Shown here: positions 23,591 to 35,434 of the stretch, piece by piece
Position numbering within the stretch: position 1 is the stretch's first letter
Layout: every line of letters starts with the position of its first letter
NCBI GenBank assembly: GCA_030390025.1
Contig: CM059431.1
Location: 115,508,001 to 115,572,000, forward strand
DNA length: 64,000 bases
Direction: 5' to 3'
From: Squalus acanthias
Lineage: Eukaryota
Position numbers and translations under genes: made by a program
The notes under the pieces: model-generated
What the model was told of the DNA's origin: nothing
The model's database searches: none
The model's input: the letters and a program-made list of their open reading frames with translations, nothing else

Positions 23591-26500
23591 CTTGGCAGGG
23601 GGATGGGAACCTAAGAATAGAGTCAGTAGGGAGGGAAGTAAAACTGGAATTGGAAAACAAAAACGTAGAAAGTAAATTGGAAAGACAGAGGAATCAAGGG
23701 CTAGATAGTAGTCAACAAGGAGGTTTACCTGTACTAAATGGTATATACTTCAATGCAAGGAGTATAGCGAACAAGGCAGATGAGCTGAGGGCACAGGTAG
23801 ATACTTGGGACTATGATATTATAGCTATTACAGAGACGTGGCTGAAAGAGGGGCAGGTATGGCAGCTCAACATTCCTGGTTACAGGATTTTCAGACAGGA
23901 TAGAGAGGGAGGTAAAAAGGGAGGGGGAGGTCGCGGTATTGATTAAAGAAACTATTACAGCTGTGAGGAGGGATGATATGTTGGAGGGATCATCAAATGA
24001 GGCCATATGGGTCAAATTGAAAAACAAAAAAGGGGCGATCACACTGCTGGGAGTGTACTACAGACCCCCAAACTGTGAGAGGGAGATAGAAGAGCAAATA
24101 TGTAGACAAATTTCTGAGAAGTGCAAAAACTATAGGGCAGTAATAGTAGGGAATTTCAACTACCCCAATATTAACTGGGATAAAATTAGTGTGAAGGGTA
24201 TAGAGGGTGCGGAATTCCTAAAATGAATCCAGGAGAACTTTTTTAGCCAGTATGTAGCAAGCCCAACAAGGGAGGGGGCGGTTCTGGACTTAGTTTTAGG
24301 GAATGAAACTGGGCAGGTAGAAGGCGTATCAGTGGGGGAGCATTTTGGTGCTAGTGACCATAATTCAGTTAGAATTAAGGTAGTTATGGAAAAAGGACAA
24401 GGATAGACCAAGAATAAAAATTCTAAATTGGGGAAAAGCAAATTTTGCTAAGCTCAGAGGGGATTTAGCCATTGTGGACTGGAAACAGCTACTTGAAGGT
24501 AAATCAGTGTCAGAGCAGTGGGAGGCATTCAAGGAAGAGATCCAGAGGGTTCAGACCAAATATGTGCCCTTAAAAAAAAAGGTGGGACTAACAAATCTAG
24601 AGCCCCCTGGATGTCTAGAGACATACAGGGTAGGATAAAGTAAAAAAGGGAGGCGTATGACGGATACCGAGGGCTAAATACTCCAGAATCTTTAGAGTAG
24701 TACAGAAAGTGCAAGGATGCAATTAAAAAGGATATTCGGAAAGCAAAGAGAGAGCATGAAAAATTCTTGGCAAGTAAAATCAAGGAAAACCCAAAGATGT
24801 TTTATAAATATATTAAGAGTAAGAGGATAACTAAAGAAAGGGTAGGGCCTATTGGAGATCATGAGGGTAATCTGTGTGTGGAGGCAGGACACGTCGGTAG
24901 GGCTCTTAATGAATACTTTGTGTTTGTTTTCACAAAGGAGAGGGGCAAAGCAGACATTGCTATCAGGGAGGAGGAGTGTGAAATATTAAATGAAATAAAC
25001 ATAGTGAGAGAGGAAGTATTAAGGGGTTTAGCAGCTTTAAAAGTGGATAAATCCCCAGGCCCGGATGAAATGTATCTCAGGCTGTTAAGCAAAGCAAAAG
25101 AGGAAATAGCAGAGCCCTGACCATCATTTTGCAATCCTCTCTGGCTTCAGGTGTAGTGCCGGAGGACTGGAGGACTGCTAATGTGGTACCCTTGTTTAAA
25201 AAGGGAGAACAGGATAGACCGAGTAATTACAGGCCAGTCAGCCTAACCTCGGTGGTGGGAAAATTATTGGAAAGAATTCTGAAGGACAGGATAAATCTTC
25301 ATTTAGAAAGACACGGATTAATCAAGGATAGTCAGCACGGATTTGTTAAGGGAAGGTCGTGTCTGACAAACTTGATTGAATTTTTTGAGGAGGTAACAAG
25401 GAGGGTAGATGAGGGTAGTGTATTTGATGTAGTGTATATGGACTTTAGCAAGGCTTTTGATAAGGTTCCACATGGCAGACTGGTCATGAAGTTAAAAACC
25501 CATGGGATCCAGGGCAAAGTGTCAAGTTGGATTCAAAACTGGCTCGGAGGCAGGAAGCAGAGGGTAATGGTTGATGGGTGTTTTTGTGACTGGAAGGCTG
25601 TTTCCAGTGGGGTTCCGCAGGGCTCAGTACTAGGTCCCTTGCTTTTTGTGGTATACATCAATGATCTAGACTTGAATATAGGGGGCATGATTAAGAAGTT
25701 TGCAGATGATACTAAATTTGGCTGCATGGTTGATACTGAAGGAAGCAGTAGACTGCAGGAAGAAATCAATAAATTGGTCAGGTGGGCAGAACAGTGGCAA
25801 ATAGAATTCAATCGGAGAAGTGTGAGATAATGCATTTGGGGAGGGCTAACAAGGAAAGGGAATACACATTAAATGGTAGGACACTGAGTAGTGTAGAGGA
25901 ACAAAAGGATCTTAGAGTGCATGTCCACAGATCCCTGAAGGTAGCAGGCCAGGTAGATAAGGTGGTTAAGAAGACATACGGAATGCTTGCCTTTATTTGT
26001 CGTGGCATAGAATACAAGAGCAGGGGGGTTATGCTTCAACTGTATAAAACACTAGTTAGGCCTCAGCTAGAATACTGCGTGCAGTTCTGGTCACCACATT
26101 ACAGGAAAGATGTGATTGCACTAGAAAGAGTACAGAGGAGATTTACAAGGATGTTGCTGGGAGTAGAGAATCTTAGCTATGAGGAAAGACTGGATAGGCT
26201 GGGTCTGTTTTCCTTGGAACAGAGGAGGCTGAGGGGAGACCTTATTGAGGTGTATAAAATTATGAGGGGCATAGATAAAGTGGATAGAAAGGACCTATTT
26301 CCCTTAGCAGAGGGGTCAAAAACCAGGGGGCACAGACTTAAAGTAATTGGTGGAAGGTTTAGAGGGGATTTGAGGGTAAATTTCCACACCCAGAGGGTTG
26401 TGGGGGTCTGGAACTCACTGCCTGAAAGGGTGGTAGAGGCAGAAACCCCAACCACATTTAAAAATTACTTGGATGTGCACTTGGGATGCTGTAACCTGCA

Positions 26501-26616
26501 GGGCTACGGACCAAGAGCTAGGAAGTGGTATTAAGCTGGATAGCTCTTTGTTGGCCTGCACGGACACGATGGGCTGAAATGGCCTCCTTCCGTGCTGTAA
26601 CTTTCTATGAATCTAT

Positions 26617-27360
26617 GGGCCGAAAATTGATCCCGGGACGCGAGAGTACGCATTGCGTACTCTCGCGTATTCCCACTCCAATTGCCGGTTTTCTGCATGC
26701 CCTGCGCATGCGCTGAAAACCAGCAATTGCTCTTCTGAAAAGGGGGCGGGGCCTGGGTGCATCGCATGCGCGCTACAGGCTGCGCGCACGCTGTGCACTT
26801 CATGCTTTGGATGCGCAGGTAAGTAGGGAAGATTTTGGAAATGTAAAAAGGAGGAGTAAGACCCGCTTTTAAGAAGGTAAGTAGTGAATTAAGTATTTTT
26901 TTGAATTTTTTTTTACAGGTATATCTTTTTTATAGACTTTAAAGACAGGTAAGTTTATTTTTATAACTTTTTAAAAGATTTTAAATTTTTTCAAAAATTT
27001 AATTTTTTATTTAAAATGGTTAATTTAATTAACTATACTTATTTTATTAATGTGATGGGTTTTTTTTTTAATTTAATTGAGGTTTAGCTGTTATTTTGGG
27101 GGGGTGTAAGATTCATAGATTTCACAACCATGCTGTGAGACTTATGAATGGAAGATGGTGTGCTGCCATTGGCTCTAACTGAGTCACGTGATCCCACAGC
27201 TCGCACGAATTCACTACGCCGCTGGGATACGCAAGCCCAGCACAGCTGATGTCTGGAACATCAAGTTCGTGCGAGCTGGATCTGAAAAAGCATAAGCGAG
27301 GTGAGACATCGCGGGGAAGGCTTACCCCCGCGGGAACAGAGCGAGATCAATTTCTGGGCC
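26617..27360 (+). mobile_element. Harbinger-type MITE family 1 (744 bp) in the CR1 tail
   Basis: TIRs GGGCCGAAAATTGATC / GATCAATTTCTGGGCC; 3-bp flanks TAT/AAT; GC-rich arms and AT-rich core. Confidence 0.88.
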
Positions 27361-27692
27361 AATGATTCTATGTGTTCGACTTGGAAGGAAAGTTGACAAA
27401 GATTTTCCCGTGAATGCAACTGAGATTGCAGATGAGACTCAAAAGGACTCAGTACTGAATAGAGTGTATGAAAACACCTTGACTGGATGGACTGATCAGT
27501 GCATGGACACAGAATTGAAACCATTCCATAACTGTCGCACTGAATTGTCTTGTGAGCAAGGTTGTATCAAGAGGGGAAACAGAGTGGTGGTACCTACTTC
27601 TTTGAGAGATAGAATTCTGGCTGAACTTCATACTGAACATCCAGGGATCGCCAGTATGAGATCAATTGCAAGAAGCATTGTTTACTGGCCTG

Positions 27693-28019
27693 GATTTTTT
27701 TTTAAATTTGTTTTTATGGGATGTGGGCGTCGCTGGCAAGGCCAGCATTTATTGCCCATCCCTAATTGCCCTTGAGAAGGTGGTGGTGAGCCGCTTTCTT
27801 GAACTGCTGCAGTCCGTGTGGTGAAGGTACTCCCACAGTGCTGTTAGGGAGGGAGTTCCAGGATTTTGACCCAGCGACAATGAAGGATCGGCGATATACT
27901 TCTAAGTCAGGATGTTGTGTGTCTTGGAGGGGAACTTGGAGGTGGTGGTATTCCCATGCGTCTGCTGCCCTTGTCCTTCTAGGGGTAGAGATTGTGGGTT
28001 TGGGAGGTGCTGTCGAAGA
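27693..28019 (-). mobile_element. LINE-B 3' fragment inserted in Gypsy integrase
   Basis: T-run tail followed by the LINE-B 3' end; GATTT at both junctions; Gypsy YWPG|FDS frame resumes afterwards. Confidence 0.85.
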
Positions 28020-28902
28020 AGATTTGACAGTAATCTTGAATCACTTGTCAGCAAATGCAGCGTTTGCCAAAATTGCGGAAACAATCCACCCAAAACTCCA
28101 GTATAGCCCTGGTCATGGCCAAATAGATCTTTTCAGAGAGTACATATCGACTTCTGTGAGAAAGCAAATGATTATTTCCTGGTACTTGTAGTAAGTCACT
28201 CAAAGTGGATTGAATGAAACACATGGGTTCAAACACTACAACTGGACATACCCCAGCAGAACTCTTGATGAAGAGGAGATTGAGAACACGATTGAGTCTT
28301 GTTCAACCAAATTTGGCCTCAAGAGTTGAGCAGAAACAGTTGAGTCAGAAACGTTATTATAACACCAATCAGAAAGAACGCAGTTTCAAACAAGTGTGTT
28401 TGTGTTCTCAGTCCCTCTGGCATGTCGAGTTCACGCAAGTGAGATGTAGGAACCATAGTAGAAGTTGGTGGAACCAAGAGATATTTGATTGAAATTGGTG
28501 ACAAAATCCAAAGTGTTCATGTAGATCAAATGATCTCTGCTAGAGATGAACCAAGACATGATCGTGAACCACTTGATCATGATCTCATACAAGAGTGTGA
28601 CTCAGTTCAGACTTCAGTAACTGAAGTACCAGGTTGAAACAAGTCTGAGATAGAAACAGGATCATCTTTGAGTTCGGAACCAAAACAAAACAGCCCGAAA
28701 ATTGGTTCAACACCAAAACCTTCTGTAAGGAGATCAGGAAGGCTCCGCAAACCTGTTATTAAACTGGATTTGCAGTTCATTTAAAAGAAAAAAAGCCAGG
28801 AGTTTTTGTTATGTGGTATATGTAATGCTGGGAAAGGTGGGACCATAGTTTTGTTGTATTCGAGAGGGGAATACATACATTTTTTTTTAAGGGGGAAAAC
28901 AG

Positions 28903-29037
28903 TGTAATGTATTATCACAAGGTTTGCCACATGGTTTAGTATGAGCATGCTCAGTTCGCTCTGGCCTAATAAAGCAAGCACATGGACTAGCAACTCATCA
29001 TGTCTGTCCTTCATTTGTTCTACCCACATATATTACA
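28903..29037 (+). repeat. Gypsy 3' LTR (135 bp)
   Basis: TGTAAT...ATTACA termini; preceded by PPT AAGGGGGAAAA; contains AATAAA; homolog at 60803-60939. Confidence 0.9.
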
Positions 29038-29990
29038 GATGTCAACCCAGAATCGAAAGCCAGAGCTCCAATTGCCACTCACCTGGACTGCCTGGAGCGG
29101 GGTTCGACCCCTGCAGCTACTGTCTCATGGTCGGGAATTCTACCACTAAGTCAAAGGTTCACTCCTGTATCTCAAGTGATTCCATATAACGTAAGCTCAC
29201 CCTATAATTTTAAAGAATAGTACTGTGTCCAGGAAAAAAATGTAACTATTTTTGACATACATAAAGTGGCTTTCAAGCTCACACATTGGCTTTGTAGGAT
29301 TTAAGTTTTGAACTCTCTGAAGGCAAGTCTGAATCCAAAACCAAATTCATCTGAATGCTTCCCCACTGGGCTGCCAGCATATTGTGGAGATGTTAGCATT
29401 CTCAGGGATATTTGTGCTTTTTATTGTGTTCTTACTCAAAATCACTACATTTTCTGTATTTTTACCCAAAAGCTAGTTATTTAAGTGATTTTTCAATGAT
29501 AATGCTTTTGTCAATTTTGTGTCAAATAAAAACACAACAACAGCAATGATCTCAATGTATTTGGGCTGATTTAGAATAGGATTAAATTCTTCTTCTGAGC
29601 ATTACTCAAAGCTTGAGCCAGTATCTTAGTCTGACATGAAAACGTAAGTTTAAAATGATAACACTGACAGTAAGTGCCTGCGGAATCTTAAGTGTAACTC
29701 TAACCAGCTCTTAATGCTATGCCCTAAAGCCAACTTTCCACAACTTTCGGAAAGATCAGCTAATCATACTAATCCTCTTCTAAATGAACACGTAGAAAAA
29801 AGTAAATAATCCTGAAGTTTTCAAAGCAGCATAGAAAATCCAACTTCATAGCAGTTTTTAACTCCTTCTCTGACCCGGTATTGTGTCCTTAGAAGCTGAA
29901 AGAAATGATCATTCTGCTGTAAATCCTGCTTGTGTTTGCTTTCCGGTGCACTATTTTTTCTCTGACTGTCTATCTTGCCTGTGCTTTCAG

Positions 29991-30022
29991 CTCATCTTTG
30001 GCTAACAGTCTCTTGTGAGGCT
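29991..30022 (+). CDS. Candidate host-gene exon C (32 nt)
   Basis: Branch-like CTGAC, pyrimidine tract and CAG|; frame HLWLTVSCEA; donor T|GTATGG. Confidence 0.3.
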
Positions 30023-33000
30023 GTATGGAAAGCATGAAGCAAAGAAGCCAGCACTAACTTACTGCAAGGAGCGTCCTAAGTTTAACAGCAGAATTTGGTT
30101 CAAATGCTTCAGTGCCAGATTCTAATCTAAAATTGGCCTTTTCTCAGTTGGAACGACTCCATGAAGGAACATTTTGGATTGTCAGAGCCCAGTGTTTAAC
30201 TGTCCAACTTACCACAGTCAAAAACCCGCTAGACTACAAATTGCAAGGTTACTGCCCCGTTATTAATAATACCTAAACGTATGCTTATGGCAGTAAATAA
30301 TGTCAGTAAGCTTCATATGGTTATTCTGTGAATAAGCTGAAAATGCTGCCTTTTTTAAACAGCAGAGCAGGTGTCCATGGACATAATGCTGTCAGACTTT
30401 GGAAAAAACTTAACAAAGCTGCTATTGTAAACAAGATCATCTTAAACTTCTTTTTTCTCCCCTGTGAACAGTTTCGACGTCACCAGTCTAAAGTTGACTA
30501 CAAAAGCTTTCACTGTTCTATTAGTGTGATTTTGAGTTCCACCTACATTAACAATCTGAGCTTCATACAAGTCAGGCTGTAACTAAAATGCAGTTTTGAC
30601 TTTTCCATAAAGCACCATTGTATGGCCCTCAGGGCAGTGTTCTCCATTTAGAATCCCTCCCTTCCCCTCCCCCCACCCCCGCCAAACAGGAAGGAAGTAT
30701 CATTTTTCCCCTGTTGGCACAAAAGCTTTAAGCAACTAATTAAAAGGTACCTGAACAGATGGAAACAAAAGGGCACTCCCCTATAGCTAAAATATCCCAC
30801 AGCTGGGCGGCTCTGTCTGCTGCTTTAGATTTAGGTGAACTAGATCTGCTCTTCAAATAATATTCAGTGCTCCACAGGAAGTATTAATTACATGATTGTA
30901 AGTGTAGATCTGGGTGGGATATAATTACAGGCCTAGCTTTGTGTCTGTTGTCCAACAGAATTACACAGGAAATGTTCATCATGCCAGCAAAGTTTCAGGT
31001 GTTTCACAGTCCATTATGTTCAGGGAGGGTCATGTGACACTCTCTGTTGCCCAGTTGTCTGGAGCATCTGCAGAAGAGTTAGAGAAGATAAGGTTTTAAG
31101 CTGCTCTTGTCGCTGTGTTTGTGGCTTTCCAGACTCCGGTTAATCTTCATTTAACGTTGTTATCATTCTGTTTGTCATGACTCAGGGATAAGTTGACTAT
31201 CCCTTTTATTCGCCAGTCTACTGTATTTCAACACTATCACTAAGCAGATCTGCACTGTATCCCAATAAATGTACTCTACCCTTGGCTTACATTTGCTTAC
31301 ACTTGTTTAAACAGGAGGAGAATGTTCTACTCAATTGTTATGTTATCTTAAATGTCATGCTGGTACGTTTAGCAGAATTTCTCAATCTCCGCGTGGTACT
31401 GTATTATGTACTTTAACTGTGAGTTACAGTTGCAGATTGGTGTTCCGTGGAATGGTGAGATCTGAAGTGGCACCCACATTGCTTCATACACTCGGACAAG
31501 GTTTCAGGCCAGTTATGACCCCCCCACTGATGGCATACTGCCAGCAGGGGGATTGAAATTATGGGTGGAGATCCCTTCTGCCTGATCTCATCGATGTAAG
31601 GACATCAATGGCAAAGGCTTTTGCCCAGAAAAGGTGAGAGCTTTATTTAAATATGATAATATATATTCAATATATAAAACTGAGCACATGCACAGATTCA
31701 CCACATTTACACCAGGTGCGCAAGCAGCCTGTCCTTATAAAATGTGTGTTGCAATTTGCTAAACTGACGCACGGTGACAGAAAGTTAGCATATAAAGGGG
31801 AGTTGCCATTGTGAGATTGATTTTGGTGACTTCAGAAAAGAAAATTCTTGTTTTCCTTTGGTTAACCTATTTATTTGAAGCTACTGTTTTCCAATTGTGC
31901 CAAGATTGTTGGCACGACCAGACACATGAACTACACTGCAACCAAAATTTTATTCACTAAAGGTGATATGTGTATATGCCTTGTGTTTATCACACCAGTG
32001 CTTTCTTTCAATGACATTACATGGCATGTGTGCTCTAGAGTCTAGCCTTATTCCCCTTCTAAATCCCCCTCTTGAAGCAGGAGTGAATAAGATGGCTGGA
32101 TACCATTTCACGGTGGGAGGCACTTAGGTGGACTTTGGCACTTTGGGATTTAGGTGGACCTTTACTGCCTTGAGCTGAGTCTACTGACTCTGTCACCTCC
32201 ATAGCTGGCTGGTCCTGCATGCTTGCTGGCATATGTACATTTATTGGAGTGGGGTGCTTGTGGGTATGGATGGGTTGTTGTCGTGAGAGACCTCATCTTC
32301 ATCCATACCACCACCATAAATGCCCCTCCTGACTGTTACCTTATCATGCATATCGATTGGCATGATGGCAGACCTGATGAAGTCAGTGAAGGTATGAGTG
32401 AGGGTTCTTTCAATGTGACCTCCAAACATTTGGTAACTAGGGGAGTCTACTCCATCCTGCAGCTTAAGGCCTCAATAGCAGCCATCTGAGTTTTTATTAG
32501 AGATTAGAGAATAACATTCGGGCATCTGCAGATGTTTTTGGAGTTGCCACGTGCTTCATGGTGGTTTGCAGGTCTGTAAATCCATTCATCAAGATTGTGC
32601 AAATTCAGATAGTGGATTCAGCCATTCAAAGTTGTCTGCTTTTGCACATTGGTTGACCATCCTGGCCCGATGACAGGAGCAAACACCTGTGTTCAGCAAG
32701 CATTATTCATTTAAAAGCAGGGCCCGCAACACCCGGCTCTCTGGATGCGAGCTGATGTTTTGAACAGCTGGCTTCCTCTCCATCTCGGTCATTGCTACCT
32801 CCGCTTGTGCAGATGAGCGCTAACCTCTCCTCTAACTTACCATCTTAATCTGTCGGGATGGATGTACCTTAGTTGCTGTTTGCAAAGGTAGGAGTGAATG
32901 ACACTGAACGGTGTCATATCTGCCCATTGAGCTGTCGTTCAGGTTGCTGAGGTTTACCTAGAGAAATAGAAGAGGGATATGGGTTACAATGGTGTCACTC

Positions 33001-33513
33001 ACACTTATCCTTGAAAACATCACCATTCTTTGTTCTTTTCAGCCAAAATAATCTATTACTCTACAATCATTCTGGAGGACAAGACCAACCTGAACTAAAC
33101 CAAGAGATTGCACAAAGGATAATGGGCTTGCAGTTTGCAGGCCTTTCTTACAGGGCGCATTGTTCTAAACTCACCTCAGCAGCAACACTTCTAAACCACT
33201 CCCTGGGTTCAAACACAATAAAGAGAGTTTTCATAGAATGATGGAAATTACGACGCAGGAGGAGGCCATTTGCCTCCCGATGCCTGTGCCGATGCTGGGA
33301 CGCTCTCCTGTAACCATATTCCTCCTTTTCAAATACTTATCCCTTTTAAATTATGTTCTCATCTCTGCCTCAATAGCCACTTGTGGTGAAGCATGCCATG
33401 GTCTAAGAACCCTCAGTTCAAAAAGTTTCCTTTTCCCTTTCACCTTGGACCTTCCAGTGAGAATCCTCGGTCTCCGTGCCTTTGTTTGCCATTCGCCCAC
33501 CAATGGAAACAAT

Positions 33514-35299
33514 GGGGGCGAATTTTCCAGGGGTCAGCGGGCAGGATCGGTGGCGGGCTGGTGGGAAAGTGTTTTTTTTTTACAGTGGGTCGGGACCCCG
33601 CTGTCAACCTGCCGCCACATGCCTTTACCAAATGTCAGGTCTGTCAGTGCTGAGCAGACTCGACAGACAGCGGCGGGGGAGGCAATTCAAGTCATTATGA
33701 CCTTGTTAACAGAGGATAAACAACAATTTTGAGCTCATCTTTAGAATTTACCAGCTCGCCAACAGGGTCCATGCTGCTCGGGGATCACGTCTATTAAACT
33801 GGGCAGGAGTTGAATGACCATGGAATCATCTTATTACTTGACAGCTTGAAATGTGCGATCAAAGCTCCCATCTCACAGCTGTTCATTTTCCAAGCTCAGA
33901 AGCTGTTGCTTACTGCATTTGGAAGACAGATTGAGCTTTATGCAGGTTGCAAGTGTTTGGAGCAAACTCTCTAGCCAGTGTCACCTCATTGGAACAACCT
34001 CTCTCACCACTGACAGATTGCTTCTGCCATCTCAAGTTCACCTGCCATCTATTCCATCAGCATGGGTACGGTTTATACTCTCTCACCTTGGTCCTCAGAA
34101 TCCCAACACGATCAGCCGAAGCACCAGCAGCACCAGGCACACCAGCAGCACCAACAACCACAACAACCTTCTCCGCAATCATCTGATGCTGCACAGGACA
34201 CAGAGCATCAGCACCCGAGCACATTGCTGCCTGGGACACCAGGGATGGCCTGACCATGGCCAGATTTACTTCACTTGACGCTGCACGCCCTGGCTGCCAC
34301 GTGATGCACCAGGAGGTTGGCACCACCCCACACCAACAACATAAAACAACCCTACAATGCCCAAGACATTCCTTTCACAATCATCAGCATTGCAGGGGGT
34401 GCCATTATGTCTTACCATTCACTACAACTCATTAAGCCTCTTCCAAAGGTGCACACAGATCTGTCCAAGAACGCAAAGTGTTGAAAATAAAGATTTCAAT
34501 GTTTGACAGCACATTAACAGAAACTTCACATGAACATTGGCTAAAACACACAAGTGCCTACCCTTGTGTGTTGTTAGTTGGTATGATTGGACTAGGATGA
34601 GGGTGAGTGTGAGGGGTGGCTAGTGAGATGGGGATGTGATAATGTAGATAGAGAGGGATGAGTGGAGGTGCAAGGTAAGTTGGTGTGAGTAAGGATGTGC
34701 AGGAGTAGGGTAGGGAAGGCAGAGTGATGGGGATGCGATGAGTGGCCTAGCAGGATGAGGTTGAGTGTGGCTTTGTAGTAACATTTTGTGATCTATTGAG
34801 ATCATTGAAAGGTTTGCGCCACTGCAGCCTGGTCCTCCTGATGACATCCCTGCTTGTGTCCTCCTGTGCAATGTGCAACCAGGCTGCGTTGGTCTCCTGG
34901 GGAGGTCTCTTCCGCATATTGGAAGGGAAGAGAACCTCCCTGCGTGCTGTGACTCCCTCCATAAGCATATGGAAGGAGTCATGGGAGAGCCTGGGTGCAG
35001 CCGTGCACCTCTGCGCAGTGCTCGTCAGTGTTTGCAGCACCTCAATGTCGTAGAACACTGACAGCACAAATGTCAAAGTAAATTTGCGCATGATCCCTTT
35101 AAAGAAACCGGCAAATGACGCGTCATTAAATGACATCATCAGACTTGCTTCCTTCAATTGGACTGGGACATGTGCTGGGCGGGTTTAACAAGCCCAATGT
35201 CATGTCATGTCGGAGGCTGGGATGGAGCCAGCAGCGAGGCCGTGACCCGCCACCGACCTCGCCCACCATGGATCCACTGAGGTAGGGAAAATCACAGCC
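33514..35299 (+). mobile_element. Internally deleted non-autonomous Harbinger (1786 bp), copy 1
   Basis: TIRs GGGGGCGAATTTTCC / GGAAAATCACAGCC; AAT TSD; inverted homolog at 56716-58475; Myb/SANT exon on the minus strand. Confidence 0.88.
34747..35157 (-). CDS. Harbinger Myb/SANT-like DNA-binding domain ORF
   Basis: APRLSHDSFHMLMEGVTARREVLFP..AWLHIA..RRTRLQWRKPFNDL aligns with exon 1 of the Myb gene at 47290-47529. Confidence 0.7.
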   Translation of the reverse strand: MKEASLMMSFNDASFAGFFKGIMRKFTLTFVLSVFYDIEVLQTLTSTAQRCTAAPRLSHDSFHMLMEGVTARREVLFPSNMRKRPPQETNAAWLHIAQEDTSRDVIRRTRLQWRKPFNDLNRSQNVTTKPHSTSSC

Positions 35300-35434
35300 A
35301 ATCTTTCACTATTTACCCATAGTAAAGTCCCTAGGTTTCACCCACCCCTTTATTGACTGTTTTTTTATGGCGCCATGCCCACTCACAACATTGCTGCTGC
35401 TGATCCTGGCCTCTGCAGGACTGTGTCCAAGCAT

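Larger units (their letters stand above)
22753..27371 (+). mobile_element. Near full-length CR1 LINE (ORF1 esterase + ORF2 APE-RT), decayed
   Basis: ORF1 22754-23590; ORF2 pieces 23650-26534 (YFNARSI, ITETWL, YRPP, GDF-like, SDH, QHGF, FADD); TTCTATGA tail. Confidence 0.96.
22531..27391 (-). mobile_element. LINE-B 3' fragment inserted in Gypsy pol, itself split by a CR1
   Basis: 22531-22752 matches 27693-27915; the LINE-B sequence resumes (gacttgga.gg) at ~27372; Gypsy LGAV|DKDF frame is interrupted exactly here. Confidence 0.8.
19676..29037 (+). mobile_element. Decayed Gypsy/Ty3 LTR retrotransposon, copy 1 (5' LTR missing, several nested insertions)
   Basis: gag from 19839 (MATPTGFIGSL..RALRDKFVCGL, CxxC knuckle); protease VDTAADCS; RNase H LACDASSYGVGAV..TDHKPL; integrase ELHTEHPGI; PPT and 3' LTR. 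Confidence 0.93.
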
